A stretch of DNA of 64,000 nucleotides from an uncultured virus (IMG/VR IMGVR_UViG_3300032320_001919). Its lineage: Duplodnaviria > Heunggongvirae > Uroviricota > Caudoviricetes. Both the position numbers and the translations under genes were made by a program. Below the pieces are notes generated by a model. That model was not told where the DNA came from. It searched no databases and was given only the letters and a program-made list of their open reading frames with translations. The stretch lies in the IMG/VR virus record IMGVR_UViG_3300032320_001919; one strand, 5' to 3'. The stretch's first letter is position 1. The number at the start of each line of letters is the position of its first letter. This document shows positions 27,932 through 36,768 of the stretch, one piece after another.

Positions 27932-28473
27932 AGATTTGTTTCATTGATCGCGATGGTGTTATTAATAAGTTAGTTCCTCGTGAAGGTATGACTGCTTGTG
28001 CTCCATGGACATTGGATCAATTTGAATACATGCCTAAAGTTCATGAAGCTTTTTATAATATCAAAAACAAAGGTTACATCACAATTATAGCAACTAATCA
28101 GCCAGACGTTAAAGATGGCTATATGACTTGGGATAATCTGAACGCAATTCATAATAAGATCAGATCAGATTTTGAGATTGATGAGTTGTACATGGCTCAT
28201 ACTAGAGGCGAGCCAGACTACAAACCTAATCCTGGTATGTTGACAAGAGGTTTAGAATATTACAATGCTGATCCTGCAAAATGTTATTTTATTGGCGATA
28301 GTGACAAAGATATAATTGCTGGTAATAGGGCTGGCATAAATACAATATGGGTAAATGATAAGTGGTTAGAAAACAAAGAGTGGAATCTTAAACAAGATTA
28401 CAAAAATAAGTATGGTGATATAAAGCCTGATTATATTACTGATAGTTTATGGCGGGCAAGCTTTTTAATTTAG
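27925..28473 (+). CDS. gmhB: heptose bisphosphate phosphatase
   Basis: FIDRDGVIN, TNQP, KPNPGM, IGD...D..AG..AG. Confidence 0.85.
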   Translation: MVKICFIDRDGVINKLVPREGMTACAPWTLDQFEYMPKVHEAFYNIKNKGYITIIATNQPDVKDGYMTWDNLNAIHNKIRSDFEIDELYMAHTRGEPDYKPNPGMLTRGLEYYNADPAKCYFIGDSDKDIIAGNRAGINTIWVNDKWLENKEWNLKQDYKNKYGDIKPDYITDSLWRASFLI

Positions 28474-28482
28474 GAGTTATGA

Positions 28483-29202
28483 ATGATTGATGTGTACGCC
28501 GATGGCGCAGATTATAATGGTATTATAGATGCAGCAATGAACAAGAACATCAAGGGATTTACTACTAATCCTACCTTGATGAAGGCTGCTGGAGTCACAG
28601 ACTTTTCAAAGTTTGCCAACGATATTATCCCTCACTTAAAAGATATTAGACCTGATACAAACATCAGCTTAGAAGTTTTTGCTGACGAGCAAGACGAAAT
28701 GCTTCGTCAGGCAAAGATTATTGCAGGTTGGGGAGACAAGTACGACTTCAAGGTATATGTTAAGATTCCTGTAATGAATACCAAGGGAGTTTCTAACTAC
28801 AATCTTATTGGCGATCTTGCTAGAGACGGCATCAACGTAAATGTTACTGCTGTGTTTACAGAGTATCAGACAATGGATATTCTAGAGCAAATTCAAGATG
28901 TAACTGGTTCAGTAATTATTTCTATTTTCGCTGGTAGAATTGCCGACACTTTACGTGATCCAGAAAAGATCGTTACTAAGTGTTTGAGTTTAGACAGAGA
29001 CGCAAAGGCTAATTTCCTTTGGGCTTCTTGTCGCGAAGTGTTTAATTACACTCAAGCTTACCGTTCTGGTTGTGACATCATTACGATGACTCCTGATCAG
29101 ATCAAGAAGTTTTCATTACAGAACAAGAACCTCGAAGAATACTCGATGGAAACTGTTCAAATGTTTTACAATGATGCACAAAAGTCGGGATATGTTCTAT
29201 GA
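28483..29202 (+). CDS. talC: transaldolase (TalC/FSA type)
   Basis: GFTTNPTL, VKIP, VNVT, S.FAGRI.D. Confidence 0.9.
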   Translation: MIDVYADGADYNGIIDAAMNKNIKGFTTNPTLMKAAGVTDFSKFANDIIPHLKDIRPDTNISLEVFADEQDEMLRQAKIIAGWGDKYDFKVYVKIPVMNTKGVSNYNLIGDLARDGINVNVTAVFTEYQTMDILEQIQDVTGSVIISIFAGRIADTLRDPEKIVTKCLSLDRDAKANFLWASCREVFNYTQAYRSGCDIITMTPDQIKKFSLQNKNLEEYSMETVQMFYNDAQKSGYVL

Positions 29203-30212
29203 GTGGATTTGAAGAAAACGAAATTTCCAAGAATGCTAATGGCGGAACTGAAATCGCCAAGCGCAGACTAGCTGAGTTAATCAACCCAGAACTTCTACAG
29301 GAAAGTCAGATTATTTGTTCTCGGCTTAGAGAATATCAGCCAGAAAAGCTTCGAGTGTTTTGGTGTCATGATTTACCTGAAGATCCGGAGTCAGCCAAGT
29401 TTAAGGACGCTGAGTTCCAAAGAAATATCCATAAGTATATTTTTATTTCAAACTGGCAGTTCCAACGTTATCAGCTATTCCACGGCGTTAAATATGACGG
29501 TAAGTCAGATGTTATTGAATCTGGTATTGAACCAGCTCCACAGTCAGCATTAAAGAAGCCTGATGATGGCAAGATCCACATTGTGTACACTTCTACACCA
29601 CAGAGAGGTTTAGAGATTCTCGTACCTGTGTTTAAGTTTTTGGCACAAAATAATCCCAACATTCACCTGCATGTTTTCTCTAGCTTTAAGATTTATGGCT
29701 GGGATCAGATGGACAAGCAGTACGAACCATTGTATAATGAAATTCGTAACCATCCGCAAATGACGTATCATGGTTATAAACCTAATGCGGAATTGAAAGA
29801 GTTTATTAACAAGTGTCACATTTTTGCTTATCCTTCTATTTGGCAGGAAACTAGCTGCCGTGCTATGCTAGAAGCCATGTCTGCTGGTTTGGTTTGCGTT
29901 CATACAAGTTATGGTGCATTGCCGGAAACTTCCGGCATGTTGAATATTATGTATCGCGGCGACATGGAAGATAGAAATCATCATGGACAAATTTTGGTAC
30001 AGCATTTGGGTGCTGCTATTCAGATGATTAATTCTGACAATTATGAAAACATGATCAACTTCAACAAGATCTATGTTGATAGTAGATATAATATCAACAG
30101 AATTGTTGGGCAGTGGGAAACAATGCTTGGCGATTTAAAGTGGAGATACCCTACTGTCGACAGCCGAAAGGCAAAGAAGGAAATGTTTATTTACAGGACT
30201 AACCATCTATGA
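29199..30212 (+). CDS. GT-B (family 4-like) glycosyltransferase
   Basis: YTSTP.RGL, YPS.W.ETSC...LEAMSAG. Confidence 0.8.
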   Translation: MSGFEENEISKNANGGTEIAKRRLAELINPELLQESQIICSRLREYQPEKLRVFWCHDLPEDPESAKFKDAEFQRNIHKYIFISNWQFQRYQLFHGVKYDGKSDVIESGIEPAPQSALKKPDDGKIHIVYTSTPQRGLEILVPVFKFLAQNNPNIHLHVFSSFKIYGWDQMDKQYEPLYNEIRNHPQMTYHGYKPNAELKEFINKCHIFAYPSIWQETSCRAMLEAMSAGLVCVHTSYGALPETSGMLNIMYRGDMEDRNHHGQILVQHLGAAIQMINSDNYENMINFNKIYVDSRYNINRIVGQWETMLGDLKWRYPTVDSRKAKKEMFIYRTNHL

Positions 30213-31186
30213 TTATTTCCAGAACTCCTCTGCGTATCAGCTTCTTCAGCGGTGGTAGTGATATGCCCTCGTTCTTTCTTAGAGAACGAGGTGCTGCTCT
30301 GTCAGTTACAATCAACAAGTACATATATGTTATGATGCACAAAACTCCGCATCTTGGTATCAAAACAATGTATGATACAATTGAGCAAACAGCTGACATT
30401 GAACTTATGCAGCATGCTATTACAAGAGAAAGCTTGAAGCATTTTAATATCGACAACGATGTAACAATTGCTTCTATCTCTGATATTTTGTCGAGGGGTT
30501 CTGGTCTTGGTTCTTCTTCAGCCTTTACTACAGGATTGCTAAATTGTTTGGCTGAAGGTAACTACACTAGAGAACATTTAGCACAAACAGCATATCATAT
30601 TGAAAGAAATATGTGTAAGTTTCCTGTTGGTAAACAGGATCAATATGCAGCAGCTTATGGTGGGTTAAACGTTTTTCAATTTGAAACAGATGATGTGGTA
30701 ACTGTTAAACCTGTTGTTAACAATAATGAAAGTTGGAACAAGTTACAGAACAATCTCCTGCTTATCTATAGTGGTCGTGGTAGATCAGCTAATAGTATTT
30801 TACAAAAACAAGCTGCAGCTATGGACGAAAAAGATAAATTCAAGCTAGTAGCACGAAACAGAGATAGAGCTTTCGTTGGGGCTAATCTTTTCTCTGCTGG
30901 TTTGATTGACGATTTCGGAGCATTGTTCCATGATGCTTGGATGGACAAGAAGGGATTGGCAAAAGAGATCACCAACGATTATTTCGATGTTATCTACGAC
31001 AAAGCTTTGAAGGCTGGAGCTATTGGCGGCAAACTGCTTGGCGCTGGCGGTGGAGGATTCTTTTTATTCTATGTGAAACCTGACCACAGAGAAAAAGTTA
31101 TCCATGCTGTTACTCACGAATCTAGCTGTAAGGTTTATGACTTCAAATTCGTTGAACAAGGATCGACGATTATATCTAGTTGCTAA
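30209..31186 (+). CDS. hddA: GHMP sugar kinase, D-glycero-D-manno-heptose-7-phosphate kinase-like
   Basis: PLRISF.GGSD, GSGLGSSS, GKQDQYAAAYGG, GKLLGAGGGGF. Confidence 0.85.
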   Translation: MIISRTPLRISFFSGGSDMPSFFLRERGAALSVTINKYIYVMMHKTPHLGIKTMYDTIEQTADIELMQHAITRESLKHFNIDNDVTIASISDILSRGSGLGSSSAFTTGLLNCLAEGNYTREHLAQTAYHIERNMCKFPVGKQDQYAAAYGGLNVFQFETDDVVTVKPVVNNNESWNKLQNNLLLIYSGRGRSANSILQKQAAAMDEKDKFKLVARNRDRAFVGANLFSAGLIDDFGALFHDAWMDKKGLAKEITNDYFDVIYDKALKAGAIGGKLLGAGGGGFFLFYVKPDHREKVIHAVTHESSCKVYDFKFVEQGSTIISSC

Positions 31187-31199
31187 ATTAATAAATACA

Positions 31200-31228
31200 T
31201 TGACAAATATACAAAAGGATGGTATAAT
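31200..31228 (+). promoter_or_regulatory. sigma70-like promoter
   Basis: TTGACA-17 nt-TATAAT. Confidence 0.75.
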
Positions 31229-31253
31229 AACAATGTATAAGACTGGATTATAA

Positions 31254-31634
31254 ATGATTAGCAACAATGTAGTAACCTTCCCAAAACCTTACTCTGGCCC
31301 TAAACAAAACGTAACTCCGGAAAATATATCACACAATTTGGACATGATGAAACAATTTCATATTCAAGAAACATTGACGAATGTTATTCCAATGATATTC
31401 AACCAGTTAGATATTTCCGGATTTTCGCTTGATGAAGAAGATCCATCAGAAGATGAATCAATAAAGGATGGTGCTTTGATTGTAGAATCGATTAGATCTT
31501 TTATGTGTAAGTTTTATGGAATTGAACATCCTTTTCAAACATTAGCTAAGAATGTTTTCGAAGCCGATGATAAAGAGCCTGAAACACTAAATATAGTTAA
31601 CAGCTTAAATATTAAATTGAAAGAAGAAGATTAA
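31254..31634 (+). CDS. hypothetical protein
   Basis: NVVTFP N-terminus and HPFQ motif; precedes rnh as in other T4-like phages. Confidence 0.7.
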   Translation: MISNNVVTFPKPYSGPKQNVTPENISHNLDMMKQFHIQETLTNVIPMIFNQLDISGFSLDEEDPSEDESIKDGALIVESIRSFMCKFYGIEHPFQTLAKNVFEADDKEPETLNIVNSLNIKLKEED

Positions 31635-31651
31635 TCTTCATAGGTGATATT

Positions 31652-32512
31652 ATGATTATTGTTGACCTTAATCAAGTTATGCTTTCGAATCTATTAATGC
31701 AACTTGGCAACCATACTAACGCACAGATAGAAGAAAATATGGTAAGACATATGATTCTAAATTCCTTGCGTTCATACAGAACTAAATTTTTCTCAGAGTA
31801 CGGAGAATTAGTTATCGCTTGCGATAATACGAATTATTGGCGCAGGAAAGTATTTCCTTACTATAAGGCCAATAGAAAGAAAGCTCAAGAAAAGTCAGAA
31901 GTTGACTGGAAGGCAGTATTCGAATGCCTGAATAAGATTCGTTCTGAGTTAAAAGAATATTTCCCTTACAAAGTAATTGATATTGAGTCTGCCGAAGCAG
32001 ATGACGTCATTGCTACACTGGTATTTTCAGCAGCATTGCAGGATGCTCCCCAAGAAAGTAAGGTATTAATTCTTTCTGGCGACAAGGATTTTATTCAACT
32101 GCATTCCTACGGCAACGTCAAGCAGTATGATCCTACTCGCAAAAAGTGGATCGTTCACCCTGACCCTTTCTCGTACAAGAGAGAACATATCTTGAAGGGA
32201 GATTCTAGTGATGGTGTTCCCAACATTCTTTCTTCTGACAACTGTTTTGTTATCGGTGAGCGTCAGCGTCCGCTTACTGCTAAGAAAATCGAATACTATC
32301 TCAAGATTCAACCAAATGAGATGGAAACTAACATTGCTCGTAATTACTTCCGTAACGAACAGCTTATCGACTTGGACCATGTTCCAGAAGATATTCGTTT
32401 GAAGGTAATGGAATCTTATTACTCGCAGGATAATAAAGATCGTTCAAAGCTGATGAATTATTTTATCGCGAATAGACTTCGCAATTTAACTGAACATATT
32501 GGAGAATTTTAA
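31652..32512 (+). CDS. rnh: T4-type RNase H (5'-3' exonuclease)
   Basis: YWR...YYKANR, EADD, SGDKDFIQL, GDSSDGVPN. Confidence 0.92.
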   Translation: MIIVDLNQVMLSNLLMQLGNHTNAQIEENMVRHMILNSLRSYRTKFFSEYGELVIACDNTNYWRRKVFPYYKANRKKAQEKSEVDWKAVFECLNKIRSELKEYFPYKVIDIESAEADDVIATLVFSAALQDAPQESKVLILSGDKDFIQLHSYGNVKQYDPTRKKWIVHPDPFSYKREHILKGDSSDGVPNILSSDNCFVIGERQRPLTAKKIEYYLKIQPNEMETNIARNYFRNEQLIDLDHVPEDIRLKVMESYYSQDNKDRSKLMNYFIANRLRNLTEHIGEF

Positions 32513-32943
32513 TGGTAATTGGTATAGCTGAGTTCCTAGAAAAAGTAGGTAAGTTAAAGAGAACTCAAGAAAAGATTGATGCTATCAGAGCAAATGATAG
32601 TCTTGTTTTGAGAATTGTACTCCAAGCAGGATATGATCCTAATGTACAGTGGGAGTTACCAGAAGGAACACCACCATACAAACCCAATGATTTAGTAGAC
32701 CAAGAGCACGTTCTTATTAAAGATTGTGAAAAGCTAAGGTACTTTATCAAAGGATTTCACGATAATCTCCCTTCGATGAAGCGCGAAACTATGTTCGTAG
32801 AATTTCTAGAACGTATGGCGCCAAAGGATGCAGAGATGATTTGCCTTTTCAAGGACAAGAAGCCTATGAAGGGCATTACAATTCAACACGTAACAGAGGC
32901 ATTACCGGGACTTATTCTAAATGAGCAAACAAACGCTGCGTAA
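32512..32943 (+). CDS. conserved T4-like hypothetical protein
   Basis: W.LPEG.PPY...KRE.MF..FLE motif. Confidence 0.7.
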   Translation: MVIGIAEFLEKVGKLKRTQEKIDAIRANDSLVLRIVLQAGYDPNVQWELPEGTPPYKPNDLVDQEHVLIKDCEKLRYFIKGFHDNLPSMKRETMFVEFLERMAPKDAEMICLFKDKKPMKGITIQHVTEALPGLILNEQTNAA

Positions 32944-33100
32944 ATTTAAAAAGAACGATTATTCTTACGACGATGAAGATGAATACATAGATCATAAGAA
33001 TAAAGTAGATAAACGTAAGCAACGAAGAATTGAGCGTGCACTAAGAACTAAAGACATTAGTGTACTAATTGAAAATGACGAAAATAATGATTGGGAATGA
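32921..33100 (+). CDS. small hypothetical protein (59 aa)
   Basis: read by hand, MSKQTLRKFKK...; stop overlaps the next ATG. Confidence 0.5.
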   Translation: MSKQTLRKFKKNDYSYDDEDEYIDHKNKVDKRKQRRIERALRTKDISVLIENDENNDWE

Positions 33101-33342
33101 TGCCAACATATAGATTCATAAACAATGATACTGGCGAAGAGTTTGAAGACTTTATGACCATATCTGATCTTGATGAATACCTCAAGAGCAATCAAAACAT
33201 AACACAATTAGTTAACGGTGCTCCGTTAATCCATTCAGGCAGAGGATTGGGAAAGCCGGATAACGGTTTCCGAGACTTGCTGAAAGATATTAAAAGAAGA
33301 AATTCTAGAGGTATCACAAGGAGTACAGTTAATACTTTTTAG
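33100..33342 (+). CDS. FmdB-like small protein
   Basis: MPTY.F....GE.FE motif, without the zinc cysteines. Confidence 0.65.
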   Translation: MPTYRFINNDTGEEFEDFMTISDLDEYLKSNQNITQLVNGAPLIHSGRGLGKPDNGFRDLLKDIKRRNSRGITRSTVNTF

Positions 33343-33351
33343 TAGGACAAA

Positions 33352-34107
33352 ATGGAAGAAAAGAAAAAGCTATCAAGAAAAGAAAAAAGACTTATTAGGC
33401 AAAATAATAATAACAATAATGATAACAGCTATCAAGAAAAGCTAAACTTCCAATTAAAAAAAATAGAACCACTAACTAAACACCAAAGAGAATCTTTTGA
33501 AGCCTATGATGCAGGCAAAAACCTAATGCTTCATGGTATAGCAGGTACTGGTAAAAGTTTTATTTCCATGTATCTTGCGCTCCAACAAATTATAACTGAG
33601 GTGGATGGTCCGTATAAAAAAGTTATAATTGTTAGAAGTGTTGTGCCTACCAGAGATATGGGATTTCTTCCAGGCAATTCTAAAGAAAAAGCCAAGGTGT
33701 ATGAAGCTCCGTACTATGCAATATGTACAGAATTGTTTGGGCGTGGAGATTCATATGAATACCTCAAGCAAAAGGGGTTGGTTGATTTTATTTCTACCTC
33801 TTTTATACGTGGTATTACTCTCAACAATTGCATTATTATTGTTGATGAAATCGCTAACATGACACTACATGAATTAGACTCTGTTATTACTCGCGTAGGT
33901 AAGAACTGTAAGATTATATTCTCAGGCGATTTTAGGCAATCTGATTTTACTAAAGATCATGAAAAAAATGGATTGCCTCAGTTTATGAGAATTGTTGACA
34001 AAATGAAATCTTTTGCCTTTATTGACTTTGATGAGAATGACATTGTTCGTAGTTCCATGGTGAAAGATTATATTATTTGGAAGGACAGGTTAGGTATTGT
34101 CGCGTAA
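33352..34107 (+). CDS. phoH: PhoH-family ATPase
   Basis: G.AGTGKS, GFLPG, RG.T, DE.AN, TR.G, GD..QSD. Confidence 0.9.
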   Translation: MEEKKKLSRKEKRLIRQNNNNNNDNSYQEKLNFQLKKIEPLTKHQRESFEAYDAGKNLMLHGIAGTGKSFISMYLALQQIITEVDGPYKKVIIVRSVVPTRDMGFLPGNSKEKAKVYEAPYYAICTELFGRGDSYEYLKQKGLVDFISTSFIRGITLNNCIIIVDEIANMTLHELDSVITRVGKNCKIIFSGDFRQSDFTKDHEKNGLPQFMRIVDKMKSFAFIDFDENDIVRSSMVKDYIIWKDRLGIVA

Positions 34108-34759
34108 AGAATTTAAACATACACTGGTCCCTAAGATCAGTTTGACAACACAAACAATCAACGGGCAGCGCTATTATGTGCTGCCCGATGGCGTAACTAA
34201 GCTCAAGTCAGTCACTACAATTTTATCAGAGAAGCTCGATAAAACTGCTTTGTTAGAATGGCGTAAGAGGGTTGGCGAGGAAGAAGCTAACAGGATCTCT
34301 GCGCAATCAACACGTAGGGGAAACTCTATTCACAAGATAGCAGAGCGTTATGTTCTCAATGAAGAGAACATTTATCAAAACGAGATGCCTGTTAATGTCG
34401 AGTCGTTCCAACCTATCAAGTCCGCGCTCGACGCCCATGTAGACAACATTCTCGGAGTAGAACTACCGTTGTGTTCTAAGTCACTTGGTTGCGCTGGTAG
34501 AACAGACTTGGTAGCTGAATATGACGGAAAAGTTTCTATCATTGATTTTAAAACATCGAAAAAGCTAAAGAAAGAGGAATGGATTGAAAGCTATTTCCTA
34601 CAGTCAACCGTATACTCAATGATGTTTGAGCGCCTCTACAGCATATCTGTTCCTCAAATCGTAATTATCTTAACTGTAGATAACGAAAAAACGCCCCAGA
34701 CTTTCGTCATGGAGCGTTCTCGGTATGTTAATAAAGTGATAGAATTATTTACTTCTTAA
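34097..34759 (+). CDS. PD-(D/E)XK exonuclease (T4-like phage exo)
   Basis: SVTTIL, W...VG, RG..H, AG.TD, IIDFKTS, Q...Y. Confidence 0.85.
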   Translation: MSRKEFKHTLVPKISLTTQTINGQRYYVLPDGVTKLKSVTTILSEKLDKTALLEWRKRVGEEEANRISAQSTRRGNSIHKIAERYVLNEENIYQNEMPVNVESFQPIKSALDAHVDNILGVELPLCSKSLGCAGRTDLVAEYDGKVSIIDFKTSKKLKKEEWIESYFLQSTVYSMMFERLYSISVPQIVIILTVDNEKTPQTFVMERSRYVNKVIELFTS

Positions 34760-34766
34760 ATAAGAG

Positions 34767-34854
34767 TGGCGGAAGGTAAGGGATTCGAACCCTTGGAACC
34801 TTTCAGTTCGTCTCGTTAGCAGTGAGGTGCCTTCGACCACTCGGCCAACCTTCC
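34767..34854 (-). tRNA. trnS: tRNA-Ser(GCT)
   Basis: GGAAGGT acceptor, CTGCTAA loop, long V-arm, GCCA. Confidence 0.85.
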
Positions 34855-35282
34855 TAATCTTGAATGTAAATCGTAGTGTTATCCGCGCCATAGTCCTTAA
34901 CAAGTCGGAAAAGCCAACGAGCGTTTCTCGGATGCAAACGAATACAACCATGAGAAGCAGGACGACCCAGCTTATTTATGGCGTCTGTTGCATGGATAGC
35001 ATATCCGCCATGAAAAAAGATAGAGTGAGGCATTGGGGCGTTGTTGTACTTGCTAGAGTAGTGCATCTTGGTAAGATAATAGGGCTGGTAGATACCACGA
35101 GGCGTAGAGAAACCCTTACGACCTGTAGAAACATCCCACTCAAAATAATCGGTTGGAGTCTCTACATACATTGTTTGGTCTGAGACATCGACTACGATTG
35201 TTACCTCTTCAGCCTTTGCTCCAGTAACAAGCATGAAAATAGCTGCAAGAACAGCTGTAACCATAACGAAAAACTTAGCCAT
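34854..35282 (-). CDS. L,D-transpeptidase (YkuD family) with signal peptide
   Basis: VSTG..G..TP.G, AIH...LG.PASHGCIRL. Confidence 0.9.
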   Translation of the reverse strand: MAKFFVMVTAVLAAIFMLVTGAKAEEVTIVVDVSDQTMYVETPTDYFEWDVSTGRKGFSTPRGIYQPYYLTKMHYSSKYNNAPMPHSIFFHGGYAIHATDAINKLGRPASHGCIRLHPRNARWLFRLVKDYGADNTTIYIQD

Positions 35283-35348
35283 AATTATCCTCTGTTATCT
35301 CTTCAACTATTATAGTATAGCCTAAGCTTGTTTTAAAAGCAAGTCATA

Positions 35349-35431
35349 TGGTGCCTCAGGAGGGAATCGAACCCCCATGGTTTCCCGGTTGATTTTGAGT
35401 CAACTGCGTCTACCGATTTCGCCACTGAGGC
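35349..35431 (-). tRNA. trnL: tRNA-Leu(CAA)
   Basis: GTTGA-CTCAAAA-TCAAC, V-arm, ACCA. Confidence 0.9.
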
Positions 35432-35435
35432 AATA

Positions 35436-35511
35436 TGGTGCTGTAAGCAAGAATCGAACTCGCGACCTGATGATTACTAATCAACTGCTCTACCAACTGA
35501 GCTATTACAGC
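35436..35511 (-). tRNA. trnT: tRNA-Thr(AGT)
   Basis: anticodon loop TTAGTAA, canonical D and T arms, ACCA. Confidence 0.8.
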
Positions 35512-35516
35512 ATTAA

Positions 35517-35593
35517 TGGTGCGCCCGGTAAGACTCGAACTTACAACATCTGGTTTCTAAGACCAGCGCCTCTACCAATTGGACTACGAGCGC
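35517..35593 (-). tRNA. trnL: tRNA-Leu(TAG), short variable loop
   Basis: CTGGT-CTTAGAA-ACCAG, ACCA. Confidence 0.85.
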
Positions 35594-35598
35594 ATTAA

Positions 35599-35673
35599 TG
35601 GTAGCCGATGAGAGATTCGAACTCCCGACAGCCTCGGTGTAAACGAGATACTCTACCACTGAGTTAATCGGCC
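35599..35673 (-). tRNA. trnV: tRNA-Val(TAC)
   Basis: CTCG-TTTACAC-CGAG, ACCA. Confidence 0.9.
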
Positions 35674-35679
35674 ATAAAT

Positions 35680-35753
35680 TGGAGCGGGTAGCGGGAATCG
35701 AACCCGCGCACTCTCCTTGGCAAGGAGAAAGGCTACCATTACATCATACCAGC
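35680..35753 (-). tRNA. trnG: tRNA-Gly(GCC)
   Basis: TCTCC-TTGCCAA-GGAGA, TCCA. Confidence 0.9.
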
Positions 35754-35771
35754 TTACTTTATATTTATAAT

Positions 35772-35847
35772 TGGTGCGTCATGGTAGAATCGAACTACCT
35801 TTTCCGGCTTATGAGACCAGCGGGATGCCCATCACCCCCCAAGACGC
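35772..35847 (-). tRNA. tRNA with CAT anticodon (Met or Ile2), atypical D-arm
   Basis: CTGGT-CTCATAA-GCCGG, TTCGATT, ACCA. Confidence 0.75.
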
Positions 35848-35852
35848 ATTAT

Positions 35853-35928
35853 TGGTGCAACCTCTCTGGATCGAACAGAGTTCTTTCGCTCTTCAGGCGG
35901 ACGTGAGCACCAGCTTCACCAAGGTTGC
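35853..35928 (-). tRNA. trnF: tRNA-Phe(GAA)
   Basis: CGC-CTGAAGA-GCG, TTCGATC, ACCA. Confidence 0.8.
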
Positions 35929-36419
35929 TTTAAAGAAGAAAGAACTATTTTCCCATTTGCTCTTTCTTGTTTTCCTAACTTAATATGTTTCTTTAAAAGA
36001 GAAACATCATAAAATATCTCGTTCATGATAAGAACATCATAATCGATAGTATCGAGGTATTTTTCATCACCAAAAACTATTTCATAGAAAATTTGATTGA
36101 GGTTCATCGTATAAACAGCACCGTCATAACCTCTTTCTCTGTTCTCTATACCTATTACATTAAAATTGTTTTTTGTTAAAAGTAATGGTATAATCCCTGT
36201 GCCAGTACCAAGATCAACTATCTTTTTATTACGATAAAGATCCGGATTAGAAATAATGTCTAAGGCTATCTTAGGGTTTGCATAATGAGGATTAGGAAAC
36301 CGATCGTAACCGTACATGTGTTTCCCACTATCATATCCTGGGATATTAATTCCCTCTATGACCAAATGAGCTCTTTCTGACCAAATCTTTTCGTTATCTG
36401 CGTTTAGATAAGACTTCAT
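35916..36419 (-). CDS. class I SAM-dependent methyltransferase
   Basis: KIVDLGTGTG motif I, VIGIE motif II. Confidence 0.75.
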   Translation of the reverse strand: MKSYLNADNEKIWSERAHLVIEGINIPGYDSGKHMYGYDRFPNPHYANPKIALDIISNPDLYRNKKIVDLGTGTGIIPLLLTKNNFNVIGIENRERGYDGAVYTMNLNQIFYEIVFGDEKYLDTIDYDVLIMNEIFYDVSLLKKHIKLGKQERANGKIVLSSLKQPW

Positions 36420-36434
36420 ATTGCACACCTATAA

Positions 36435-36528
36435 TGGAGCATCCGACAGGATTCGAACCTGCATCAGCCATCGCTGGCTACTTCCAGTTACCTTACTCTT
36501 GGTTCGTAGCCAAGGTGGATACGGATGC
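36435..36528 (-). ncRNA. rewired tRNA-like RNA with ACG (Arg) anticodon arm
   Basis: perfect acceptor stem, T-arm and TCCA end; the anticodon arm follows the acceptor after 7 nt and the D-loop-like segment lies 3' of it. Confidence 0.7.
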
Positions 36529-36533
36529 ATAAT

Positions 36534-36609
36534 TGGAGTAACTGGCCAGATTCGAACTGGCACCTCAAGGATTTGCAGTCCCGCACATTAACCGTTTTGC
36601 TACAGTCAC
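36534..36609 (-). tRNA. trnC: tRNA-Cys(GCA)
   Basis: GGA-CTGCAAA-TCC, U73, CCA. Confidence 0.85.
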
Positions 36610-36614
36610 AATTT

Positions 36615-36688
36615 TGGCGACCCATAGCGGTTACGATCCGCTGATACATCTTAGACAGAGATGCGTGTTACCATTACACTAATGGGCC
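36615..36688 (-). tRNA. trnD: tRNA-Asp(GTC)
   Basis: CATCT-CTGTCTA-AGATG, G73; T-loop ATCGTAA. Confidence 0.8.
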
Positions 36689-36691
36689 AAA

Positions 36692-36768
36692 TGGTTGCGG
36701 TGTGTTGGTGCCGCCCCAACTCCTTCGGCTTATGAGACCGACGACTTATCTAATTTGTCCTACCCGCC
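36692..36768 (-). tRNA. trnM: tRNA-Met(CAT), initiator-like 3' end, atypical T-loop
   Basis: TCGGT-CTCATAA-GCCGA, CCGCAACCA end; T-loop GGCGGCA. Confidence 0.6.
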
